From: Ascidiella aspersa
Lineage: Eukaryota
Direction: 5' to 3'
Assembly: GCA_963924565.1 (NCBI GenBank)
Contig: OZ004610.1
Coordinates: 9,920,001 to 9,984,000 of the forward strand
Length of the DNA: 64,000 nucleotides
Below are positions 41,361 to 52,377 of this stretch, piece by piece. The notes below the pieces were generated by a model, which was given only the letters and a program-made list of their open reading frames with translations, was not told the DNA's origin and did not search any database. A program made the position numbers and the translations under genes. Each line of letters starts with the position of its first letter. The first letter of the stretch is position 1.

Positions 41361-44212
41361 CTCTAAACAATTACACACAGTTTGAAATTTGAAGCTTATA
41401 GTTGAAATGGAGATAGAGTCAAAGAAGCTGGCACAGTACAGGAAGAAGATGGTTTCTACACAATCGGCAATATGTCAAATACAATTATGCCTAACTCGTG
41501 GTACGATTCAAAATATTATGCTCACCAATTCTTTGGGGAACCGGGAGAATGTGAAGCAATCAGTGTTATGACAGTTACAAATACCAAGATTGAACAAGCT
41601 GAAATATAAGAGATTTTGGCGGACTTGGTGGTGTGCAATGCATCCATCCATGTGTAACGAACCTCTAACACAGGGTTCGGCAACCTTTTTCTAGTTGCAT
41701 GTCAATACCAAACTGAGAAAGACCTCGGCGGGCCACACAAAATGTTAACTGAGAATTGTGTTATTGAAATGTTAGAACAACTGTGAATCAGGCGGGCCTC
41801 GGATTTTTTTGCACTTAAAGACGAGTTTGACTACATTTAAGGAGGCAGTAAATTGTTTGCGCGTTTGCTTTTTTCGAGTCCACACGTCGTCATCCGTACT
41901 ACTAATGAAAAGTCTAGTAAAACTACTTTAAAAAAACGCGATAACTTTAATGGTGAATCTAATTTAGTGCTGTTAACTTTTGAAGTCCGGACGCACCTTG
42001 CGAGCGAAGCGCGATTTTTTTTGGTATACCGGTGCCGGTATTTTTTTAATTTGTTGAAGTTTTTATTACATTGCCAAAAATACTAAAATGTTAAAAAATA
42101 TATGTATAATATTCTTGAATACGTTTTCCTTTTGTCTTTTGGAATTATATAGCGGTGTTGCAATGACTTAAACTCAAAGATTAGATTTAAGCTACTGTTT
42201 TCAAACGACCGTATTTTGGGCAAAATGACTTGACTTTGACGTAAGGTATTGCATCAAATGACTTCGGTTAAAATCAAGGGAGTTAATTTAACATTTTATT
42301 ATAGAATTATTATTTGAGCTATTTATCTCATTTTTTGCACGTAAAACGATCAGATTGCTGCTTGTTTTTTTTTACTTGAATCGGACGACCTTGCAAATTT
42401 TAATAATTTATCGTTTTATTTTTATATTGGCAAAAAATAATTTGTTCGGCCTTGATTTATTATTTTTTGAAAAAAATTCACTCGGCTGGGACCCGGGTCA
42501 TTTTGAAATTACTCGCTAACGACACTGTTCATTGTATGGCGGTCATCGAAATGTTCTCATATTTATTTGAGTGTAAAAAAATGTCTGCCGAAAGGTCCTT
42601 TGCAAACACCAAACTTCAAACTTTTGGCTGCATATTAGCAACAACAACATAAAAATACTTTTAAGGAGCCTACGAATTTTCGAAAAGCCATTAAAACTAC
42701 AAAATACACAGTAGAAAAACTTTAAATCGTTGCACGGTATATGTTTGTACGCGTGGCTCGAAATTCTCAAATCTTGTTAGTGCGATTTAAGTGAAAAAGC
42801 TTGCGGGGAACTGACGTTACGTGCTGGCATACAATCGTTTTTTTTAAGTTTATGGCTATAATATGTTGTATAATACAATTGACAACTAGTGTTTACTTTT
42901 ATTTGATTTTGCCACTTGCGTTTTATTGTGGCTGTAACGGCAACAACATTCGCCGAAATCAGCGATTTGCCGGCCCGACGAATTTAAATCGCTTCTATAG
43001 TGAGGGTAAAATCTTGCCTCTTCGGCATTCAAGCCGAGAATAATGGTGTTATATTCATTTTATGTCAAAGAATAGAGCCGTTATTATTTCTTTTAGACTA
43101 TCAGTAACAAGCAGATTTCCCAACACGCTCTTAACGTTGTTCATTTAAAAACAAAAAACATAACAAAAAGGGTAATTTGACTTACAATATAAAACAGCAA
43201 CAAGAAAGAAGTATTGCATTTGAAATTGTGAACAGCAAAGCTCTTGAAAAGTACTCGTGCTAAAATGGCCAAACTAATGTTGACAATATTCGATACATTA
43301 TAAACAATCACACACCTATACAGGGGTAACCGCGAAAATAGGCAGCAACAATGACGCACACAATTACAATGCTATTCCGGGTGGGATCTTTGGAATGTGC
43401 TAAATGTATTTCGAACTAATTTGTTGCAGCCAGGGTTTTCAATTTATTTTGGACTATTGACAAATGGATGGGCCCACTCTCTGTAAAAACAGTTACTAAG
43501 TACTTGGCGGTATTGTGTAGTTACGATGCAACTTCGTTCACTTTGGCTAAGATTACTGGCGACTTTGACTGTAATTGTATAGGATGCCGCAAACGTTATT
43601 AATATGCAAACAAAAACTGTTATATACTTTGATTAGAAGTAAAATTGAATTGGTGGCGATTTACGGGTATAACGTCTTCGGAGGTATATAGAAAGAAAAA
43701 ACACGATTAAAAGAAAAAAACAACAACAAATCAAAGTGGTTTAATTTCACAATGGCGTATTTTATACACTTTAATCGGTGAAAACTTGCAACATCTAAAG
43801 CCACTCGTGACTGTGAGTTCTGTGTAAAACGAATAACATGCATCAAAATATCAAAATTTCTGACTTGGTAATGCGAAGACGCAGTTCTTTTACGTGTATA
43901 ATGCCGACTCATTGTTAGTCTAAAATCTAAATACCAATACAGCCTTAAAATTGTGCAAACAAATAAAAACGAAGACCGGCTTCATAACGCAGCAGCGCGG
44001 TAGTGCCAAGGCACATATCAAGGCTAAGGCTGTCGGTGGGTACGCGAATATTACAGGGCCAGCACGATTATACCTTTATATTACCACGAATTCCATTTAC
44101 CATCATTCCGGCCGCTATCGACAACCTAAAAACACAGAGAAAAAGCTTGAAGACGCATAAAAGGAAACGGTAGGTGGTTGGTCTTCACTGGCGACAAGGA
44201 AAGAAGCCTTTG

Positions 44213-46971
44213 TCAAGTTGCCGTGTGGTGCTTACGCTTATGCTTGAGCATGTTGCTGCGCAGTGCAAAGCGTTTGTCGCAGATCAGGCAGTGGAAGGGT
44301 TTCTCGCCGGTGTGGACGCGCACGTGACGCGTAACGTCGGTGCGGTTGCTCGTGTAGCCGCAAATCTCGCACTTGTGGCTGGTGTGCTTCGAGCTGGACG
44401 GGTTGGTGGTGGCCACGACCAGCGGCGACGCCTTGACCGCTTGCTTCTTGGCCGACCGGTCCGCCTTAAGCGACAGGTAGGTCTGCGAAGGCGCGATCGG
44501 TCGTTATTGATTTGTAAACATTAGACTATATTTTAAAGAACGTGTCGTTTACACCAGTGCTTTTCAAACTTTTTAAAGATTTGTGGATAATATTGCCCTA
44601 CCAAAACAGCATTGATTATCACAAGTACAACTTTAGATATTTTAAGCTTTTGCATGACAACTCAACAATAATAAATATATCCATGACTTTTCAGTCTCAC
44701 ACTAGTAGACCAACAAGACGCCAACACTGCTAGTTAGGGATGACTGACACTTGGCATTTTATTCTGATACCAATGTCCAATATTTTTGACAAAAAGTAAT
44801 TAGATCGAAACTGAAACCAAATGACGCAAATATAAGCAACCCTGAAACCGTTCTAAGGTGTTTTTACCATGTTATTCAACCCAAATTTGGTTTGTCGTTA
44901 AAAATTAAGTTACCATCATTTTTTTTACATACTATTTTTTGATAAATTTACATTTAAAGGTAGAAATCGATGTGCTAATTTGCAAATTCATTACATTATT
45001 TTTTTATTTGGTATTGAATTGGCACTAGTACTACACTAGTGTCTGACACATTCTGATACCATCATTCAGCATTAGGTAGCGGCTCCCGTCAATATTATTT
45101 TTTATAAAGAAATTTATGGTTACATACATCCACAATAAAATGCTGATAAATATATAATAAATTGATTTTCTCACATGTGTTAAGGATGGGGTATTTTGTT
45201 GCAGTTTTTGCACTTGCATGTTGCTGCTGTATTGTGGCTCCATTTGTTGTAACTATAAATCGCAAATTGAATTGAAATATGTTTACATACTTAATGGTGT
45301 AAAAGCATCAGAAAAGTTTGGATAATTATATTGGAACATTTTACACATTTTAGAATTTAGTAAATAACTTCCTGTCATCACTAGCGAATAAAAAACAACA
45401 AGCAATAACAGGAAGCAAATAAATTAAAGTCAAGTGAACAAAGGTTGGACTGCTTCTGCTTTATGATACTTATGACAGCAAAAAAAGTATATTTATACTC
45501 ACAATAAGAGGACTTTTATTTTGCAATGTGGAATTCTGATCCAAAACAGCTAAAACATTGTAGGGTTTTGTAAAAGTTGTGTGAAAATGTCTGAAGCTAA
45601 TACTCTATTCCAGATTTAAAAAGTTGTAACATATGAGCTTGGTACATAAGTTTCTAAAACTTTAAATCAATATATAGCTATTAACAGAACACACTAAAAA
45701 CCTTTGATAAAAAATTTCTACTTAATTAAACCGTCTATACAATATATTTTAACCTGTAATAAATTACTAACTTTTAATAAATGTGTACCCAATCGGTGTT
45801 TACCTTGATGGGTGGCTTTAATTAGAACTTCTACAGAGTTTGTATCTGCTTCCAATTGTCCATCATTTGAGTTATTATCCACTAGTTCATCAGCTAAATA
45901 TAGTTATTTTTAGTCTTAGCTAGTGATACTAGTTGAGTGATTTCATATCAAATCACCCAACCCATAAGCATGAAATTGTCCGATTACTTTTCGAAATTGT
46001 CCGATTACTTTTTTGAAATTGTCTGATTACTTTTCGAGATAACACACTTTTAAGTTAACGCATCATTGCCACTAGAATACATATAATAGAATAGCTAATA
46101 TAACAACAAGTAAAATATTGCAACCTTCATTATCAGGCACAACTTCTTCAGTATTCTCATTGGTATAAATTGGTCTTCGGTAGGCTACTAGGGAATTTTC
46201 TGATTGACAACATGGTTCACTGGCAAGAACCTCCATTTGGTGTAATGCAGAATTTGAGGTAGAACTCATATTTATTGGCTCCACTGAAAGTAAATAAAAT
46301 AGCAATTAGTACAATAAAATCTGCATCCCTATAATTTTAGTATAAAATAAAAATCCAGTTGAAGATGTTTTTAATATTATACCAGTAAGGTTTTCCGCCA
46401 CTAATTCAGATGAGGAATTTAGATCTTGGCTCGTTGTGTCTTCCTGTTGGTCCTGGTGGAGTGTACTGTTAAGTTTCAGTGAAAAAATATCACTTTTTAT
46501 TGAGAACATCTCAGTGTACAGTTGCGTGTGCATTTCTTTGACCATATGCTTTAGTTCTTGCATTTCATCTAAAAGGGAAGACATACAGAGCACATCTCTG
46601 TATGCATTAAATCTTGGTATGTGTCGACCAGATGAAACAATTTGTGGAAGAGAAGGCATTTCTTTTTTAAGCAAAAATAAAATGTCATCTAGTGCTTGTT
46701 CATCTTTGGAAAAGTGTTCATCGCCCACAGGTACGTCACTTCTTTTCTCCATGGATGACAGGAGTTCTTTCAGCATCTTTATTGCCATGGCAATATCGAG
46801 AGAGGAATATGTTTCCAAGCACAGTCGGCGTATACTGGGTGGGCTCATGGTTAACATATGGTTATAAATGAAACATAGCAAATCATTTACAATCACTTTA
46901 CTTGCTGAGTGCTTACCCATACCAGAACTACTGGTTGAGGTATAGCCGTTTTCAACCATTTTTTCCAACAT
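44213..46971 (-). CDS. C2H2 zinc-finger protein (~410 aa) with an N-terminal helical/coiled-coil domain resembling non-LTR retrotransposon ORF1 proteins
   Basis: Phase-consistent GT-AG exons (minus strand): 46971-46383, 46283-46125, 45893-45804, 45549-45503, 45252-45175, 44482-44213 (1233 nt). Two fingers CEICGYTSNRTDVTRHVRVH-TGEKPF-HCLICDKRFALRSNMLKHKRKH. A splice acceptor sits at 46986-46987, just upstream of the ATG. Confidence 0.8.
45972..46035. repeat. Intronic tandem repeat, 3 x ~21 bp (GAAATTGTCCGATTACTTTTC)
   Basis: Three consecutive near-identical units read directly from the sequence. Confidence 0.85.
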
Positions 46972-47112
46972 ATTATAGTACTACCCTGTAAAACAAAAAT
47001 CGGTGATGGTCTAGAATCACTAACAAATTTTCATTTGGGGGTTTATATTGCTATTTGCTAGCATTATTTGGGTTAGGGTGCAAGTTAAAGTTGGGTTTGG
47101 GTGAGTCAAGAG

Positions 47113-47863
47113 TAGGGTTGGCAAGCCTGTCAATTGACTGGTCAAATTACTGGACAATTGACTGCACTTTATTTAACCGGTCAAATACTTATATTGGATT
47201 CAAATGTTGTAAATTTGAGTTTTTAATAATCTTGATTGTAACTTTTTTAAAGAATTCAAATATGAAATGGTAGCGTTTACCTGATGCAAACACATGTTCT
47301 GTGGTAATAACAAAGTGTTTGTAATAGCAAAGTAGATTTATTTTGTTTAGAACAACTGCACATATATGATGAATCGCGCTTGTCATAAAAGGAAACACTA
47401 ATTGGGGTATACCACAATCTGAGGCAACTTAGAAATTTAGAAGAACCAAATGCCTTATCTCCAGTGGACCCTGGTGATGATTTAGAAAATTCAAAGTGAC
47501 AAAGGGTGTGACGAGGAGTAAAAATATTTTTTTACTGATGCATTTACTTGTTGTCAAATTCAGGGAATAAACTTGTTGGCTTAACTCTGTGGTTGTAGTA
47601 AAGGTAAAAATTACTACAATACTGCTATAGTATTACTTGCAAGATGGGCATGGTTTTGCAAAAATTCTTATTGATAGTCAAAAAATAATTGTTTTTGTTT
47701 TACAAACCATTGTACTTGAGCCAAAACGTTCATATATTTATTTAACGGTGAAATCAAGGTTTATTTTTAACTTCAATTGCATTATGATAGTGTGTATAGT
47801 ATTTGACATATTTGACCGGTAAATTGACCGGATTTTATTTGACTGGTCAAATGCCCAACCCTA
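47113..47863. mobile_element. hAT (Ac-like) non-autonomous element upstream of the zinc-finger CDS
   Basis: TIRs TAGGGTTGGCA...TGCCCAACCCTA; perfect TSD gtcaagag; repeated subterminal TTGAC(C/T)GGTCAA-like palindromes at both ends. Confidence 0.88.
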
Positions 47864-50032
47864 GTCAAGAGTTATTATTATATTTATTCTCCTATATTTC
47901 TTTCTTTATTTCTTGCAATTTAGGTTTTGACCACTGGTTTCGTTACTGTAAAAAAGAGGTAGGATTCTAGACCAGCTCCCACAAATCTAACACGAAAATG
48001 ATTTGAATATTTTGCAATGTTAATTAAAAACATATTGTCTATGAGTGAGTCACCGCAAAAATTTAGGAACTAAAATACATAATAACTGCCTACTACGATA
48101 AATTTTACAGCAGCAGTTACTATTAAAAAAATTATCGCAATGACACAAACCGCAGTCGAGTAGAAATATGAAATAACACTAGCATCCAAGCTGAATTCGC
48201 GTTTGAACGTTTATACACTAGAAAATTACTACCACCCTTGTCCACAGAAGGCAACAAGGATAACCTAAACGTACTGCGCCTATCTCGTACCCATATCTGG
48301 AAAAGCAGTCGAGTCATGAGTGTTTCGTGAGAGTGACTTGACTCGTGATTCGTGACTCGCTCAAATTTCGTGACGTCATTCGATTTCGAGTAGGATTTAC
48401 GAATCCATTTGACCGTTAACTTAGACTGGTTGCGGGTCCCTTTATGGTGAATAACATATTTTAAAAAAGTTTTTTTCATTTGTGTTTTTTTAACTTTCTA
48501 ATGCACACACGGAACCAATTTTACTGTCTATGTACGATTGTACGTTTATTAAATTTTGTATTTGCGAATCAATTTGGGTAAATACCCCCATTTGTTACAA
48601 TCTGTACTGATCTGCATAACTTGAACATTGATAAATTGTGTTTCTAGCAAATTCAATAATTTTCAAATACGAAAATAATAAGAAATACCTCAGCGGTTCA
48701 ATTAGAATTACAGCACAAACCATGTGTACGTAATTTCCTATATTTTGGCAAATAACTATTAATTGAACAAAGAAAAAGTCAATTGCTATAGGCCTACATA
48801 TATGGGCTACATACTACGTAACTACGGTACATCAAAACGATTTTTTTTCCAAAAAACGAAATCAGCCTTATTTAAAATAAGCCTACCCGAATGGAGAATT
48901 TGGCCCCAAAAAACTAAAAGTACAATGCAAATTGGGTTTTACGTTTTACCTATGAACACAACCAGGGGCAAAACTATAAAATTGGCGCGCTTCATCCATG
49001 TTGAGTTATATTTTTTATTGCATTAACATAATATACCTTACTTTATACGGAAAAATAAATCAAATTTATTAGAATATTTGTATTTAAAGAAGAAGCAGTC
49101 TCAGTTTGGCATTTGCAAGCCACATTTTTGCGCCCCTGTACTTTGGCGCCCGGGGACATGTGTACCCCACCGCCCCCTCCCTTAGTAGCTACGCCTCTGT
49201 CTATGAAGAATATATCACCTCTTTGCATTAAACTTCATCTTCATTAAGGAATTTTGCCACGGGCCGAATTGATTGACCCGGCGGAACGGATCTGGAACGC
49301 TGGCAATAGTTTTATAACCTATAGCCATCGCTAGAGTTTAAAATTATAGGTAAACCCTGAAAAAATCTTCATAAAATTCCGAATTAAAGAGACGAAATAC
49401 AATATTGCCTTGATGAATCGGATATGAGTCTCCCGGCTCATGGGTATTTTGTTATGTAGTAAGCTAAGCAAAACAGTTCAATTTTAGCAGTGTTTTTATT
49501 CTTGTTTAGCCTGGCATTTCATTTTAATATGAAAATGAAATGGCGGTAAAACATATTTGTCAGTTTTTTGTAGAACCGTTTATCGGGAAGACCGTGTACG
49601 CTAGGCGTAAGGTGCAGACAGACAATTTCGCTATGTCTATCAACATGAAATTTTAACGATGGACTTAGGGCTGTACAATAAAGGTTTACGGCACACGTTG
49701 CGCTATAAACTGTTTTTTAATTTGTGCCACGGAATATAAAAACGTTTTCATGGAGCTTTTTTCTTTGGGTCTGGCTGAAAATTTTCTACTTAGGCTATTA
49801 ACGGCATCAGCACCCGTACAAACTACCTACTGCAGTGTTTCTCAACCTTTTTGTTCACGCGACCCCTTTTAAGTTTTCGATAACTTGCGCGACCCCCAAT
49901 TATAGTGTATCATACCTAAACCTGAGTAAATAAAAAACACATTTTAAAAGGGAAAAAATCCAGTCTAGGATTGTATCAAAATTTGGCTAAAATGCGCTAT
50001 GCACAACAATAAGCTAAAGTTACGGTTTGAGC

Positions 50033-51197
50033 CAGGGTTGCCAGATGCTTGGTTTAAGATTAGGACATTGTTGGTATGATATTCGGACATTTTAGGTCAA
50101 ATAATAATTTAGCATGTACGACTGTACGTAGTGCAAAACTAAAGAGAATCAATTGAGGTAAATGTTCTTGGTGAACAGCCAAAATCCTTACAAATTTGCA
50201 AAATTGTTAGTCCTTAACAACAGTGTAATAATAAAGCTTTCTGGAAATTCTGTTTCCTTTTGCCAAAACTGCAACATCTAAATTTTATTACCGAAATTCT
50301 GCGGATGTTTTAGAAAAGGCTATGTAAAAAGTTATAATACCGCTGAAAAGTAGAAATACTTTGCCTGTAACCTATTGTAAACCTAGCACAAATTTTATTG
50401 TAAGCTGGCCTAAATTTCAATTGAACTAAATCGCCCTAGAGCAGTGGTTCTCAACCGCCGGTCCGCGTCAACTTTTCTGCCGGTTCCCCAAATATATTAC
50501 AATTTTATATCTCAATTGCAAGATGTTAAAAGCTTGCTTCACCAAATAAGAACTTCGCCAGTTCCGTAATTTGTAGCATTGTCACGTAACATAAAGTTAA
50601 TTGTCTACTTTGGACTTATAAGTAAGTTACAATGCGCAGTGTTGTGCTTGTGCCCAACTGTTTAGAAGTAGGCTACACGTCGTTGAAGTCTTCTACTTTA
50701 AGATTGCTGTGTGTGAAAAACTTTCGTATACCACGTATGATATAAGAAAGACAGCAGAAAATTGCCAATTTAATTGAAGTTTCCAGTCTTTGCTTTTAAG
50801 TTGAATAGTTTTGTCGTAATTACATTTTGGGTTGATTTTGATTTTTAAAGGTCCACCGGTCCGCAAAATTTGTTTTGAAATTTCACCGGTCCGTAAGCTA
50901 AAAAAGGTTGAGAGAGCACACCTGACGCTTTTGTGCTGCACAGAATTACTGTAAAAATACGCACAAAAATCGCGCAAAGCGCGAAAAATTTTTGGACTTC
51001 CGTTGGTAAAAATGATATAAACAACTTTTGAGGCCTCGTAAGCCCGTGGTTTTACTTCATCCGATGTTTCAAATGAATTCGGTAAAATTGGGACAGAAAG
51101 CTTAATGTCCTAATGATTTACAAACCGTCGGACACAGCAGTTGAAATTAGGACATTTATCGTTTTTGGTTCGAAATTTAGGCCATCTGGCAACCCTG
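50033..51197. mobile_element. Middle hAT-type element nested in 49833-51473
   Basis: CAGGGTTGCCAGATG...CATCTGGCAACCCTG; perfect TSD gtttgagc; GGACA subterminal repeats. Confidence 0.9.
50442..50913. mobile_element. Innermost hAT-type MITE with a partly deleted right TIR
   Basis: Left end ccctagag|CAGTGGTTCTCAACC; CCGGTCCG repeats; the right end GGTTGAG-AGAG is consistent with deletion of aaccactgccct. Confidence 0.75.
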
Positions 51198-51713
51198 GTT
51201 TGAGCGTTCATTCATTTTTATTAGACATTGGTTGACTGAAGCTACGCTTGATTCATTAATTGAAAAGTGCAATAGTGACGTCATAAACGCGACAGGTTCA
51301 CTGCAGCAAAAGCCGCACAAAGACAAATGTTAGACTGGCGATTGCTTTTGCTTCTCCTATACTGCTGAACTTTTAGTTCATGTTGCCTAATTCTTATGAT
51401 TATTTTCTTTTTGAAATTCTACACGGCGACCCCCCCAGACAACCCCTTGCGACCCCCAGGTTGAGAACCACTGACCTACTGAGCACTATCTGTCTACGGG
51501 TTTATCTTCGCAAAAATGAGTGCCGATTTTAGGCTTGTGTATAGTGATCAGCCAAAATAATATTGCGTAGACTCCTTGAAACTTCACACGGACTTTCAAC
51601 ATCCAAACTCAGTTTAATAAAACTGTGTTAAGATTTTACTTGTTTAGTTGTTTACTAATCCAGAACCTGTTTAGGGATACACGAATGAGTTTATTATCAC
51701 ATGATACCCTTAA

Positions 51714-52313
51714 TTACGATGGCGGAAGCGGAATGTTAAGCAAGGTTTGCTGGCAAGCTTGCGTTTGTGCATACTTTCCGTTGCCACAATAATCGTGGAG
51801 AAAAACCAATGCGAGATTTTTAACGCGCTGGCTGTCGGACTGCGCAAAACGCTTCATGCAGTTAATCACAGATTGCGTTACAACCCTAGAGCGAGATTCG
51901 GGGACGATGAGTTGCATAAGTAAGGTGATGGACGAGGTAAGCGTTTCCTCATTATCGCTCGTCAAGCAACGGACGGCGTACTCCACAGCCATGCTGCAAT
52001 CCAAAATCAGTCGTCGATTTTCGGCGTCAGCGGCCAAATTACAAAGGCCTCCGACAGCGAACTGCGCAAGCTTGCTGTTGACATCTTCCTCGAAATCGAT
52101 ACAGTCAACAAACAAGTCAATTACGTGCAGGTCGCGCAAGTAACCGAAGTTGATGGGGTCGTACGAGAAGTTGGCGAGATTTGCGAGGACTTGCAGTTTC
52201 GCGTCGAAATCGCAGCTCTCTTGAAATTCGCTGACGAGCGCTTGCAAGTAGTCGGGGCGGTTCAGGTCCTTGGCAGTGGTGCGCCGACGCAAGCGCTTGT
52301 TTGTCGTAAACAT
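51714..52313 (-). CDS. ARMC7: Armadillo repeat-containing protein 7 (minor-spliceosome-associated), intronless, 199 aa
   Basis: [56 protein letters not shown] matches the ARMC7 signature ([37 protein letters not shown]). Confidence 0.92.
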   Translation of the reverse strand: [199 protein letters not shown]

Positions 52314-52377
52314 GATTTTTTGAAAATGACGCGGAAATCACACACAAAATGTCTTATATACAGATCGGCGACTCTGG

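Larger units (their letters stand above)
49833..51473. mobile_element. Outer hAT-type MITE of a three-level nested insertion
   Basis: CAGTGTTTCTCAACC...GGTTGAGAACCACTG; perfect TSD acctactg (49825-49832 / 51474-51481); GCGACCCC subterminal repeats. Confidence 0.9.

Noticed and set aside
45972-46035. Short direct repeats here and at 5438-5472 considered as a CRISPR-like array
   Set aside because: Head-to-tail units without spacers in a eukaryotic context; simple tandem duplications.
47068-47104. GGGTTAGGG/GGGTTTGGG motif resembling telomeric repeat
   Set aside because: Too short and degenerate to call an interstitial telomere.
49120-49199. GC-rich end of a CAGAGGCGTAGC-type (Harbinger-like) MITE on the minus strand
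   Set aside because: Only one terminus is visible, with no partner TIR or TSD.
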